NCBI RefSeq assembly: GCF_006345805.1
Contig: NC_043001.1
Location: 4,650,001 to 4,714,000, forward strand
Length of the DNA: 64,000 nt
Source of the DNA: Octopus sinensis
Taxonomy: Eukaryota
Reading direction: 5' to 3'
The position numbers and the translations under genes are program-made. Positions 23,645 to 37,620 of the stretch are shown one piece after another. The notes under the pieces are model-generated. The model searched no databases. It had not been told where the DNA came from and saw only the letters and a list, made by a program, of their open reading frames with translations. Every line of letters starts with the position of its first letter. The stretch's first letter is position 1.

Positions 23645-24090
23645 TTGAGTGTGAGAGTAGTGCATGCCATCAAAGTGACACTAGGGTAAAATATATAGAG
23701 CCCAGTATACCCATCATGACTATCTGTCTGATAAAGGTACCTTAGGCACATGCATCACCTCCATATGTGCGCGAAATGGTGATCTCATATCAAGATAAAC
23801 AGCGCATGACTTTACAGGTGGGGCCCAGTTAGAATTTTCCTCTGGTTGAGTAACCAATCCCGTTCAAAAGGTCCCTAAATAAGGATTTTTTAAGGATGTT
23901 AAACGAACCACCCAAGTTTCACAATGTGAATTATTCAAACGCCCAAAGAACCCCTCTCAACACATGGCTATAATGCTCCCCCACTACTTCTGCTCGTGAT
24001 CAGAGATGCACATATCGTCAGCTACTAAGGGACATGGTCAACTGGTTAAGGTCAAACAACTGACAAGCAAATCTGTGGTATATTATTATC
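23645..24090 (-). mobile_element. Non-coding interspersed element of about 450 bp embedded in (TAT)n
   Basis: Homologous to 1867-2070 and flanked by (TAT)n on both sides. No ORF. Confidence 0.7.
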
Positions 24091-24112
24091 ATTATTATTA
24101 TTATTATTATTA

Positions 24113-24161
<49 letters not shown>

Positions 24162-24769
24162 AAGTATTGTTGCTTTCAAATGAGTTGTCTGTTATAAAGT
24201 TTTGTTGCTGAAATGATATTGCATTTTTTGTTTTTTGTTTTGTTCTGTCATTTGTTCATTAATATTTTAATTAATTTTGGTAACTATTTAATTTTTTTGG
24301 CTCAGTTCAAAGTAGTTTCAATGGTGAAAGAATTGTGAAAACCGAGAATCTATTTATCTAACAATTTGACAGTAAATTAATTGGAAATATTTTTGAAAGT
24401 CTTAAAAGTTTAACTTGTTTTCTGGCAGAAATAAGAATGTATTTTAAATCATCTATAATAACCTCAATTTTAATTATTACCCCATCCCATAATTACTACT
24501 TTTGTTTACAGATGTAGCAACTCTGAGAATGCTTTGCAAACGTTGTTATAACCCTCTGAATGACTCACACTTATATAATTTTCTTTAAATAACCAACTTC
24601 AGCTGATGCACAACAGACTGCTAATAATGATATCAAAGCACAAGTAGCGCTGCATCTAAGACTAATATATTTCGTAAAAGTCTAGTTTTTTAAGGGGTGG
24701 ACGAGAGTCGAGCATATTGATCTAAGACTTTATTTTCTGGGGAGGTATCATCCCCAGGTTTTCAACTTG

Positions 24770-25075
24770 CACCTAACATATTCTGCAAGCTGTCCTATAT
24801 ACGTCCGTCTTCTGTGGTCTCCCAGTCGCTGTGGTAACAGGATTCGTTCTCCACAGCAACACATTGAATCATTTTTCTTCTTTACTTCTGCAGCAGTGGC
24901 CAGGTGACCTCAATCTCCACTCTTGAATGATCAATTAGAAAGTCGGTACATTTTGTTGGGAGCTCTCTGCAAGAGATGCTGCGCACTTCAGGTAAGATTC
25001 TGATGTAGACACCTTCCAGCAAATACCTGACACGATATATAATCGAGACACAGGAGACACCAGCGCAAAACATAA
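24770..25075 (-). mobile_element. Degenerate RTE-like LINE C-terminal fragment
   Basis: LIIQEWRLRSPGHCCRSKEE..NVLLW...GRPQKT resembles the RRLRFAGHC.RS...LLW..GRP motif. Confidence 0.6.
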
Positions 25076-25269
25076 TAGTGACACAGGATCAATAAATAAG
25101 GAGCTAGTGTGTCACCATGCAGGGTTCAATCCCAGTGCACAACTAGTGATTATTTCATTGCCCTCAAAAGGATGAATGGTAAAATTGCTTTCGCTGGCAT
25201 GTGATCTGCAAAGTAAAACACCCGACACAATGCTGCTAAAGGATCTAGCACACTGCCTTAACCATTATT

Positions 25270-25500
25270 AGTAATTATACTTTCTACTCTAAGCACAAGG
25301 CTCGAAATCTTCGGGGGAGGGGGGTGCAGTCGATTTAATCGACCTCATTACGCAACTGGTACTTAATTTACCGACCCCGAAAGGATGAAAAGCAAAGTGG
25401 ACTTCGGTGGAATATAAACACAGAATGTAGCGACGGACGAAAAACTGCTAAGCACCTCGTCCAGTGTGCTAACGATTCTGCCAGCTCCCCGCCTTATAAG
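25270..25500 (-). mobile_element. tRNA-derived SINE
   Basis: Reverse complement of the 7684-7915 family. Confidence 0.75.
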
Positions 25501-28500
25501 AAAAGAATTATTACTAATTATAATCTGTCGAAAATTCTCTATTAAACATTCATTGGACATAAAATGCTAAGGAAGAGAAAATAAGCGGAGAGGAAAGAAG
25601 AGTGAGAAGAAAAATTGGACAGAAACAGTACAAAAGTCTCCTACATTATACAAAGGACTATGCAGGGTCATATTAGGATGACCTGTCTAGCCATGCCGAT
25701 AAACCAGTATCTGAGTTCTCAAATGCTGGTGATTACCAACGGTAAATGAGCTGCCCACAGAAACATACTGACGTAAAATCAATCGTTATTCGATTATTTC
25801 TCACTACACGAACTCACACTGATTTCATCAAATTAAAACTCCTTATGGGTATTTAAGAAATACAGGTTTACCCAAAAATGAAAATGTTTCTCGTTTGAAT
25901 TATATCAATTTGGTTAGGTATGTAACTCATTTCAAGTTCTGAGGTAATGTCAACAGAAACTGCCATTCTATTATATCTCTTGCACGGGCGTCGTGTTTCA
26001 GTTCAAATCAAATGATGCCAATTTCGCAATCTATCGAATCGGATTTAATAACCAACACAACATACAGGTAATTAGTTTTATAAATATATAAATATTCACC
26101 AACCTTTCTCTTTGTAGTTTACATGAAATTTTGTCACGGTAATTATGCTTATAAAATAACGGGCGTAATATGCATATATGGAATGCAGAATCGTTTACAC
26201 ATTATGTTCACGACTAGAATTAATGTTGACCCATTGCAAGGTAATTTGCCTTAGCGTCCATGCAGATCTACCAAGAAGTAGAAAAACGAGTTCTTCACAA
26301 TTAACCGGACGTATTCTATAACTTACGTCATTTGCGGCATCTGGACTACTTTCCGAGTTCAAAATTTGCCGAGAGGTTATATAGCTTTCATCATTTGGAG
26401 GTCAAAAAAAGAAATACCGGTTGAGTAGTGCGGCAGCTGCAGTCGACTTACTGTCTTTGTACGAAAAGTTGAGACCTATACATCATTCCCTGTATCAACG
26501 GTAAATCTATAGATATATATGTTTGTCACATCCATCAATCATCTGACCTGCTCCTCACTGTTTTATTCAACTTTTAATGATTTTTGAGAAACAAAATTTG
26601 TAATTGCGGTAACATTTTCAAATCTTTTTAAGAATAACGACGGAACATTTATAAGAAAGAGTGACTCAAATCAGAATTTAAAAGGACATTCACTGTAACG
26701 TTCGCGTTTTATTGACCTGGAAATGATGAAAGCTAAATTACTTCTCATCGAATTTTGAACTCGGAAAGTAAGCATTGTCGAGATGCCGCTAACCATATAA
26801 GTTATAGAATTGGTCCGGTTAGTTGTGAGGAACTCGTTTTCTGTTTTTTGGTGGATCTGCATGGAAGCTAAAGCAAATTACATTGCAATCGGTCAACATT
26901 AATTCAACTCGTGAACATAATTTGTAAACGACTCCACATTCCACATGTCCATATTATGCCCGATTCTTTTATAAGCGTGTCAATATCTCATGTAAACTAC
27001 AGAGAAAAATATTGGTAAATATGTATATATAGTTATGGAACCTATTACCTCTATAGTGTGTTGCATATTGATTCCGAGTCGATGGATTGCAAAATTGGCA
27101 TCATTTGATTTGAACTGAGAGTGACACGACACTCCGTTTACTAGAATTCTATATACGGGCAAAACGGACAGAAATTAAAACTACTTACTATTTAGTTTAT
27201 TACCTATTTGTCTAATTAGTCCTTACTTTTTTCTATTTACTACTTGCTATTTGTCTATTTAGTTCCCTATGGACGTTATATTTCATTAAACCAAAAATGA
27301 GATGAAAACATGCTAATCCTTGACAGGTTTTGAACTGCACTTATAAATTAGATTCAGCATCGAATATAATTCCACGTAACGATAACTAATGTGTAAAATA
27401 GGCATAACATGGCACCTAATGATGAAGGAAAAACACCATGCGATATCCAAAGCGTACCGCTGGTTTAGGATTTAAGTAACAACATCGAAAACAATTAAAG
27501 TTGGGTTCCTCTCTATACGATTTTATTTGAGGACACAAAATGGGAGCACGAAAAACCCTCAATGCATTTTCTCCGTCGCTCTAATTATTTTTCCGAAACG
27601 AATCACTGCACATTCGCTATCACCTCGTGAAATGCATTTCCATGCGGCTACGCGAAATATACAGTTGTAGAGAGAAAAAAAAACGTGGAAAAAAAGAAAA
27701 TAAACACGAGAAAATAAATATTAGAAGACTATTTAAAAGGAAATAACTGAAAAGCGAAATGAATTTATCGAAGAAATAAAGAATAAAATGAACAGAAAAA
27801 TCTATTTTTTAAAAGCAATTATATGAATGGTATTTTACGAAATAAGTGTATGTTCCCTGCAACTAGAGACTGATTTAACAGCTGTTACCATTCAACATTT
27901 CAAATGTCTCACAATATTTCAATGATCAAAGAATTCTCTCGGAATCAGGACTGTCAATAATTGGCAGTTAGATATTTTCAAGACACGTAGTCATATATGA
28001 ATATATAAATTTGTGATGCTTGTTCATGTATGTATGTATTATGTATTTGTGTGTGTGTGTGTTTGTGTGTATATGAGAGAGAGAGACAGAGGGAGAGAAA
28101 GAGCGTGTGTATGTGTGTGTGTAAAAGATGGGTGGTTGTATTTAAGTATGTATACATCATTATGCGATTCTTTTGTAAGAATAAGTGCACAAGTCTGTGT
28201 GTTAGGAACTGGTCGTCTCTATATGTGTATCAAATGTTTTCAATTCTAGTTCACATCAGTTTAGCTCAGGTATGTGAGGGTAATATTATATAATGTTGTA
28301 AGTTGTTAGAAAATCAAACCAAATTTATTCATAACCTATTAATAATTTGTGACAAACCTTACTCTCTAATAATTTACTAAGACATATAGAGGAGTTACAG
28401 AACAGTAATAACAAACAATTTAAATGCTACTGCCAGTGAAATTATTGAAAAATTTGTTACCGAAATTCACTTTTAATATAGTATGTTTGTGTACGCGTGT

Positions 28501-29467
28501 GTTTGTATGTGCCTGTGCGTGTGTGTGTGTGTGTGTGTGTGCGTGTGTGTGTGTGTGTGTTCAGAAAGAGAGAAAAAGAAGAAATTGACTACGGTACTCA
28601 TGCACAGACACACACACACATGAATATATTTTGTACCTGTGTAAGCGGAAAATATATAATTCCTGTAATATCTTTAAAATTACTAAGTATATGGAAAATT
28701 CTGCCAACGAGTCTTGTACAATCCCACATTTCCTCATAAGAATAACCATTGTAAAACAGTGAAGTACAATTGTATTGTGGACCATGGACAGTTGAAAAAC
28801 TTGAGAAAAGTGAAGAAAAAATTAACGAATAAAAACAAAATATAATGATAGAGAAACATTCATTTCTTTCTCTGAATAATACGTCAAAGATGTTGAAAAT
28901 TGCCAGTTATAAAAAGTCTGTGGTAAAAGAAAGCGGACGTAAATAATACCCTCCCGAATATATATGTATGTAGACCCACGATTTAGATAAGAAAGGGGAC
29001 TTCTTGTATTAGTACAGAAGTTGTGATAATACACCTTAGCAGCCTTTACGTAATCGATTCTCAAATTATGCGTGTATTTGCGCGTGAGTGTGTATTTATG
29101 GATACCTGTATGCATAACTCTAATACACCTGTTCTTGATTGAACGAGGTTCCACTAGTCTATTACTTTTAAATGTTTAATACCTCGTTTTACTATATTTC
29201 CTAATAAATAGTTTAATAATCGCGCATATTAAATATTTAAAATGTACATAACGATGAAATATAAGATTATCAAATGTCTTTATATGTAGTTGCATTCCTT
29301 TTTGTTTTTACAATAATCATTTCGGTTATTGTAATAGCTTAATATTTAGGAAATAATAAACAACGCAATATCATGGTGTTATATGAGCGCTTTATGTAAC
29401 TCGATGCCGGTTTTTGCAGTTAGATTCTGTGTATTATCCTGTTTCTATTAGATCCACGTGGTTTATT

Positions 29468-29700
29468 AATAAGTAACAGGACTGATGCTATAGCAACGAA
29501 GCTTCCGCCTGGCACAGATTGACGTGAAACACTACTGCGCGTGCGCACGTAGTTTTAACGTCGTAACTCACTTCAGCTGTTTACAGCAGTTCTTGGAATG
29601 GATGTGTGTAGCGTGTGATCGTCGCATTGGCCATGACCGAGAAAGTTGGGCAGAGAATCTGCATCAAATTTTGCCAAAAGCTTGTCTACGCAATTTTCAA
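29468..29700 (+). mobile_element. Mariner-type transposon 5' end
   Basis: 5' leader followed by MTEKVGQRICIKFCQKL, a mariner N-terminus, truncated. Confidence 0.7.
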
Positions 29701-30290
29701 ACTGTTTACCTCTTTCTCGACCCATCAAAGAGATCTTGTACAACTGAAACCCAGCGATCTTTTTGGACAGTTGAAAGTATTTTGGGCACAAACTTGGCAG
29801 ACACGCGTCTCATACCCAAATCTTCAGTGATAATGAACTGAACCGTAACTGGTCTGCACATTCTCGAATAGCTCACGGATGGTGAGTCGACGATTTTCTC
29901 TCAAAGTTGTACGCATAACTGCGTTCTTTTTCACAGTTCTCGTGCTTGCGTGTCTCTCAAAACGTTTGTCAATACCGGCATTTTTTTGGCCATCCTAGAA
30001 TCGTCTGAACAACTCGTACACTTGTGTGTAGCTGAAACACGGCTCTCCCTGCACATTCTGCAACCTTGCGTAGCCCTCGTGGCAGCTATCACAATGAGAA
30101 CTTACTCTTTCATGGTCAATGCGACAATCACACGCTACATACCTTCCTTCCAACCACTGCTGTAAACAGTGCAAGTGCGCTAGATCGTTAAAACTTAATG
30201 CGCAAACAAAATAGTGTTCCAGGTCAATCTTTGCCAAGTAGCTTTACTCTGAGTGCTTTAGTGCTGTTACTATGGCAACAATCAATTTTG
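29700..30290 (-). mobile_element. Mariner-type transposon 5' half with degenerate HTH region
   Basis: YTQVYELFRRFQDG and LRENRRLTIRELFENVQTSYGSV, with a leader homologous to 29468-29690. Confidence 0.75.
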
Positions 30291-33139
30291 ATCAGATCCC
30301 GAATATCCATAAATCTGCTAGGATTGGGCTCCCCCCTCTCTCTCTCCCGTCAAATCGATTCCAAGCAAAACTATCCTATGTGTGCTTTCCTCATTTAATT
30401 GTGTAAAGTATAATACGCATCAGTGTTAGTTGCTATTTAAACAGCTCGATAAACTTCATTTAAACTTCTCTATCTTTCTGTCTATAGTTTAGTTCTAATT
30501 GAGTGAATATACAGAACAATATATTACAATATGGAAATGGAGTTTACGATTCACATATCCTTAAATAATCAGTAAAAACTCGATTTTCGGAATCAAAATT
30601 TTGTTTCTATAAAGCATATTCTCTCTTTGCACCCCTTTATTTCTTACACTTTCTCTTTTTTCCTTTCTCTCGAAGTTTGCCAACATAGAAAGCAAACCAC
30701 AACCGGAATTCGTCAAAGAGTAAATGATCCCTCCAATGAATTAGTTCCAATGTACCGATCTGAATAATTAAAACAGTTATGCAGTACTATACCGAAAATA
30801 TTATCAAATATTTTCATCCGAAATTTGACATCGGAACAATGTCACAGATATTTTGGGAGATTTTCGTAGATTAAATTTTCTAGAGTCATTTCTGGATAAA
30901 GTAGTTGGCAATATCATACCTACCTTTTGTCCGAAGGACAGTTTTCAATTTTGAGTCGATCAACAATTTCCCGGCAGTCGAGCATCTTTCCCTCACACTA
31001 ATTATCAAATCTTCCACTACGTCAAATTAATATGGTTGACAGCGTACCGATGTCTTCCAGTGGTGGTATGGTCCCCTGGGTTAATTGGTAACATTGTGTA
31101 GATGCAAATAAGCATTCGTCTGTTGCGACTGCTGCTTATAGTCTACATAAATTTGAATATATTGGTGCTTATTTGTTTCAAATCAGAAAGACTTTCAGGT
31201 AAAGAATTATATCTTCTCTGAAAAATATCATAAAAATCAGATGCTTAGAGGCAATTAAATCGATAAGGAAGAAAACAATAGTTTAGATAACTAACCGAAA
31301 CTCATGTAAGTGATATTTAATTATCAAAAGTACCCCAAGAAATATTTTGAAATAGAATATATTTCTGGTTTGTTTATACCATTTTCCCTGACGCGATACT
31401 TAATACAGTTACAAGAAAATTAAAACTAATTAGATATTTCTATTTCCACACAGCTACATTTTATTAATAGAGTTTTTCAGTAGTATTATTCCAATTTGTA
31501 AAAGTCTGCAACTAAACATTATGAAGAAAAGAAATTTTTTGTTCTAATTACACTTTTAATTCATTTTCGTATTTTTTCGGTTATTGAAAGAAAATGTTTT
31601 TCAACGATGAAATAGGACAAAAATGAATTTCGACCAGTGTGATCCAGTAAAACACATTCGGTCTTCGAGAACTAAACGCTACGTATGAAATATGTATTTC
31701 TTTTCTTTTGTCTTGTAATTCTAACTTTTTAACAAGACTTTCATTTTCGAGATGCGAAGAAGGAATGAACATTTCTCTCAACAAAACAATATTTTTAATC
31801 TATCCAGTAGATTTGATAGAAATAATACAAGAAAGAACACAAGACACATTTCTTCTCGTAAATGGAGAAATACATACTGGAATATATTTTGGTCTAATTT
31901 TACAGATTTTTTAAAACTGATGACATCACTTCTTATAGGCTGCACGTATAAGTATTATAGTCACCTAATTAAAAATATCAATATCTACTGTGTTGTTATC
32001 ACGAAGAGCAATCATGAAATGCTCTTCTTAGTTTTGTGTCAAGACTGTGTAGTGTATGTGGTGGCAGTTTGTTATGATAGTGCTTTGGTGGAAAGAAAAA
32101 AAGAAGCAACACATCCAGGTACCAGAATCGACTTACAAATTATACATTCAAATCAATATAAAATGACAAAATACAACATTCTTAGAATGTTGCTGCCAAT
32201 ACTTACCATAATATTAAGCAAATTTAAAAAGCTATATAAGTACAGGTAAAATGTCCTCATGTTAATTATATGTGAGTGACTATTGTGTACAACTGATTAT
32301 GCCAAATTTATTATCCGGAAGATTTGCCTAAAGTTATACAAACATGGTCATTCGTAGATAATCCTTGTTTTCTTAGTCTCTCAGAGGTCCCCAACTTTAT
32401 TGCTCCTCTTTCCTGTTCCCTATTTATATTTAGTTCCTTTCGTATCCTGCGCGTTTTACCTTTTCTTTTTGTTTTGTTTTGTAAGCAATGTGTTTCGGAC
32501 AGATAAACACTTCAAAGAAACGGAATTTCTAAACGGTGTAAAAAAAAGAAAAACATAATTTAAAAAAGAAAGGCATAAAATAATTGAATTATTCCTGGTA
32601 AACATTAATTTCTCATCGAATTATTTATTTTTATGTCCTGACATTCCTAGCTTTTCTTATATTGTTCTTCCTACAGCACAATTTCAGTTAGAGATTAATA
32701 TGAGTATCTTTGGCCCAGCACTAACCACCAGACGGATACATTTCTGCCGGGCTTCATCAATTGCTACGCATATATTAAAGCATGTAGATGAAAGGGAAGA
32801 GTAACTGCAGTGTAATTATGTAACTATATCTTGTCTTCTGAAGTATGCAAATTCTCATAGCATTTGATCTACTGCATCTTCATTCATTAAAAATACATAA
32901 TCATACGTATATGAAAGACATATACCATTGCAATATACAATATAAGACGTTATATGCGCTGCAGTTTGTATAATTATGTCAAGTATTAAGCTAAAATGCA
33001 ATATGAAATATTCTGTGGTGTAGCAGAATGTGAGTTAAAGAACGGTATAGGATTCACAAATTTTGCGCTCATGCATTTAAATACTTTATTACATGCGTAC
33101 ATTTTCCGTGTACAGATTCGTATTTCTTTATTATCCACA

Positions 33140-33320
33140 AGGGGCTAAACACAAAGAGGACAAACAAAGACAGACGAACGGATTAAATCGATTATATCTA
33201 CCCCGAAAGGATTAAAGGCAAAGTCGACATCGGAGGAATTTGAACTCAGAACATAGGGATGGCGAAATACTGCTAAGCATTTCGCCTGGCGTGCTAACGT
33301 TTCTGCCAGCTCGCCGCCTT
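33140..33320 (-). mobile_element. tRNA-derived SINE
   Basis: Reverse complement of the 7684-7915 family. Confidence 0.75.
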
Positions 33321-33803
33321 TTCTGTGTACATATTCTAACATGGCAGCAGTGATTTCCAGTAATTTCCAGCAAATTCCATAGACGTGAGCTGGCAATTCT
33401 GTATTAAACAATTTGTATAATATTATGTTGATGTAACTGACTACTATATTACTTTTATACAATAGAGCTGCGGAGATGCCGGATCTGATCAATTGCAATT
33501 ATTCAGCCGTATTTATTGTATATGTTTATTGCAACGGTGAAACGATCCATCGATCTCAGGTGAATTTAATTAATACACAAGGAAACAATTAATTACAAAC
33601 CAAGAATTCAGTCGATGGTTGAATCAAGTTACATATTCCACTAGAGTTTAATTCGTATTTCTACACAAGTGTTTCTAGGATGTATTAAGTAGCATTGATG
33701 AATTGTGAATATGATACAATGAAAATAAAAATCTGTTACGTTCTTCCACATTCATAGGTCATTAGATTCCGAATATACTGTTTGTGCTTTTTCCCCGATA
33801 TAG

Positions 33804-33888
33804 ATTCTCAAGCAGGTTTGGCAGAAGTTTCCTTCTTTATAGAGCACTCTGAAAATAATTTGGAATGTATTAGGAAAATAGAGATTAC
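33804..33888 (+). CDS. Candidate 85-nt exon, (D)SQAGLAEVSFFIEHSENNLECIRKIEI (unverified)
   Basis: Acceptor gtgctttttccccgatatag| and donor TAC|GTAAGT; only one frame is open. No homology recognised. Confidence 0.25.
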
Positions 33889-34129
33889 GTAAGTGTCACT
33901 AAATGCTGCGAACATGTTTTGGTAAAAGGAAGACAGAAAACAAAAAAATGTGGTGAGAAATTTATTTTAACTCTGGCCACCGAGTCAGCAAAATTAGTTA
34001 AATAAATTTAAATCTAAGCAATCGAGAATGAGCTTCCATTACAATATAATTTTAATGTTGAGAGCTCTGCATATATGCCCTCTGGAAAATATTTCAGATA
34101 GTAGTATACAATGGCGCTTATACGAGACA

Positions 34130-34700
34130 GATTTAGCTAATAGGTTGCGTACTACTACGTTCCGAGTTAAAATTCCGCTGACTTTGACTTTTCCTTTCAT
34201 CCCTTCGGGGTCGATTAATTAAGTACCATATGAGTACTGGGGTCGATGTGATCCACTGTCTTCTTCCCCATAAAAATGCAGTCGTTGTGCCTATAGTAAA
34301 AATAATTATTTCATGTGGGGAGCTGGCAGAAACGTTAGAACGCTGGATGAGATGCTTACCGGTATTTCGTCTGCCGCTACGTTCTGATTTCAAATTCCGC
34401 CGAGGTCGACTTTGCATTTCATCCATTCGGGGTTGATTAAACAAGTACCAGCTACGCACTGGGGTCGATATAATGGACTTAATCAGTTTGCCCTTGTTTG
34501 TCCTCTCTGTGTTTAGCTCCTTGTGGGTAGTAAAGAAATAGATATTTCGACTGCCTCTATGTTTTGAGCTCAAATTCCACTGAGGTCGACTTTTTCTTTC
34601 ATCCTTTCAGGGTCAATAAATTAAGTAGCAGTTCGTACTGCGGTCGATATAATCGACTGGCCCCCTCCCCACCGAAATTTCAGGCCTTGTGCCTCGAGTA
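34130..34700 (+). mobile_element. Cluster of three same-family SINE copies in tandem orientation
   Basis: The gaggtcgactttgc.tttcatcc core occurs at about 34180, 34400 and 34585. Confidence 0.8.
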
Positions 34701-36279
34701 GGAAAAATATGTGGTACAGTACGATATGCAAATCCCAAAATACGTTCGAAAACATTACTCACATAATATCATTCTACTCATATATTCTACTCATAATATT
34801 ACCATATTAATAATGACATAGATGAAAGCACATCATATCATTTCATGCTACAGGATCATCTTCTCCAGCGTTCGTTCGATAAAACTCTAATAATGGTTTG
34901 CGTCTCAACGCAAGGCCGAATTAGATATATTTTGTTTCCCTAACAAAGACATTCAAATCTTTTAAATTTAGATGCCTTCAAAAGTTCTGCTTTTAGCACC
35001 TATCTTAAGTTATATGCTACGCTCAAGCTAGGGCTTTTTTTATTCCTGATTTTATATAAACAATCTTTGTTGAGCTTGATAAAAACCACTACATACTATG
35101 GCCCAAACTAAAATCAGCGTTCTCTTATTTCGTCGTAGACTGTAATTACTACAATGCTGGGAAAATTCGCTTCTGAAACGCCTTTTTTGATAATCTTTTG
35201 TTTCACAAAATTCATTAATCAAGACTAGCTGATAAATTATGTTCTCCTTCATTAATCTTTGTCTTTCAACAGAGTAACTCACTGGCAATTTCTTTTCCTA
35301 TGTTTTAATGTTCTCCATTAATGATGTAGAAAACGTTTTGGGAAACGAAGTACATTGGAACACAAGAATAACTATCAAACATTACTTACGTCAATTACTC
35401 CTGTATTCAGCAACAATTTTGCTTTTTGATTCTACGTTGAAGACTCAAAAAAAATACCAGGTGCATACTGTTAATCTACTGATTGGAATTAATCATAAAT
35501 CTAGCTACGATTTTACCTGTGAAACATGAAATAGTTAAGGCTCGTTTTTCCTACTTAGCTTTAGTGAGGAATTACAAAACTAATAGTTAAAAGTAATAAA
35601 TGTAATTCACGTTTCTTCAAAAATATATACCAGGGTCAGACTAGAACATTTTGCCCTCCTTCAATAGTGTTAATGGATGATGCCTGCTATATTTAGCACG
35701 TAAAGTGAAATTGAAGCTATTAATTTTGACGTGTAGGGTCGTATGTGAGAATTAGTTAACTTTAATATTCTTACTTAGTTTATCGGAACAGAAAATGTTG
35801 AGATTCCATATTATTTCTGCAATGACTTGTCTCAGAACTTTAAAGATATAATGTCTCATAAAGTTCTCTTGAGCATGATAATGAGTTCTTTGATAATGAT
35901 TCAGCTGAAAGGATTAACTAAACAATTAAGTACTAATTATGGATATGGTTTCTAACACCATTTGCCGCTCGTGTTAATTATCTACAGATTAAGAACTGGT
36001 CAATTTAAGGAAATTCCTAATAGCTGGATTGGGAAAATTATTGATTTATTGATAAATTACCCTGGAATATTGTGAAAGTAGCCTTTAATACAACTACATA
36101 AGAGATTGATGAGAACACACATATGGTGTATATTATTATAAGACAGGTCAAGTGAAATCTAGGCAGCGATATAATAGGTGCAAAACCACACAATCCATTT
36201 AGTGGTTTCGGGCCAATCCAAGTCGACAGGATAATCAATAAAAGATGCAGGCGTAGTTCTGCCTCTTTTTGATGGATAG

Positions 36280-36440
36280 ATAGATAGGCAGAACGACAGA
36301 CAGACACACGCGTAGGTAGACAGACAAATAAATAGATAGGCAGAACGACAGACAGGACACACAGGTATGTAGATAGATAGATAAATAGATAGATAGATAG
36401 ATAGATAGATAAGTGGAGGGATAGATAGATAGATAGATGC
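36280..36440. repeat. (GATA)n/(GACA)n tetranucleotide repeat
   Basis: Directly visible. Confidence 0.9.
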
Positions 36441-36699
36441 CTTATTCACTGGTGAACACTCGGTAAAGAAAACTTTCTCAACAAGGATATATAATTAATA
36501 TAAAGCCATTATGGAATAGAACATGCATGTATTTAAGAGATAAATATGCTAAGACCTGTGTTCTTGCTGACTGATAGTGGTTGGTTGACACTTCTGGGCA
36601 TTGAACTGCATGAAATATTCATCAACTCATTTTAATAATTCTGTAGTTAAGTTGTTTTGCGGTTTTAGTATGATATACTCGAGCTTCAACGACTGATAT

Positions 36700-37620
36700 A
36701 CTTTTGTATCATAAGCGTAGCTGGTGAGAGTGGTTGACTTTATGTCTGACAGATCCACTAAAATCAAGCGTGGTCCCAGTTTTGATCCTCGAGAAACTCT
36801 GCTTCAGATGGATGTCTCCCCAGAAGGGGAGCTCTTTTGTCCGGAACTGACTCGCTCGTGTCTTATAGAAAAATAATACCGGTACGCGCCCTCTTTTTCA
36901 ATGCCATGAAGGTCACACAGTTTGTTATATATCAACCTATGATCAGCTTTGCCAAACGTTTTGGCACATACATCGTATAGCACATTCATATTTGGGTGGT
37001 TGAGCTGCTGTTTCAGCACCCAGTCACAAAGTTGCAGTGGCTATGTGAGGATTCCCCACCCTGTGTCATGTGTTTGTAAGTTATTTTTCCAGGAACGTAA
37101 CCAACCTACTTCTGACGACGTGTCCCGAGACCTTGCTAAAAGGTCATCTTAGCTGTTCTACTTCCTACTCCTTTATGCACCGGGCAAATGGTACATGCTT
37201 TGAACATTCTGGGAATTTTCCCTAATGCAAGGGGCCACAGAAAATGTATGAGCAATGTTTTTGCTTAGGTTTCTTTCATGTCATATATGAGAAAAAGCAG
37301 AAATCAATCTGGGTCCGTCACTGAGTTCGAGTCCATCTTATCAATGGCTGATATTAAACCTTCCTATTTTTGTCGAAGTAATCGATCGTTGCCCGTTCTA
37401 CATGTATATCTGCAGTGTTGAAAAACCCTCCACGTTTGCTGATTTGCATGTTTTCCAGTTCAGAGGTGAAGACACAATAGAATGGTTTCTTAAGCACTTC
37501 ACTTAACCACTTGAGGTCTGCTGCGAGTGATAAACGTTCCAGACGGCCATCAAAATTGCCAGATCACGTGAGTTCGCCCTTGCTTGGACTTGTGAATGAC
37601 AAATGTTTACCTAGAGAGAA
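36700..37620 (-). mobile_element. Degenerate CR1-type LINE reverse transcriptase fragment
   Basis: LKQQLNHPNMNVLYDVCAKTFGKADHRLIYNKL corresponds to VDVIYLDFAKAFDKVDH, and SRVSRGSKLGP to SGVPQG..LGP. Confidence 0.7.

Noticed and set aside
31752-32249. 165-aa ORF as a protein gene
   Set aside because: Its composition mirrors AT-rich background (N, I, K, F, Y); there is no recognisable motif and no coherent splice structure.
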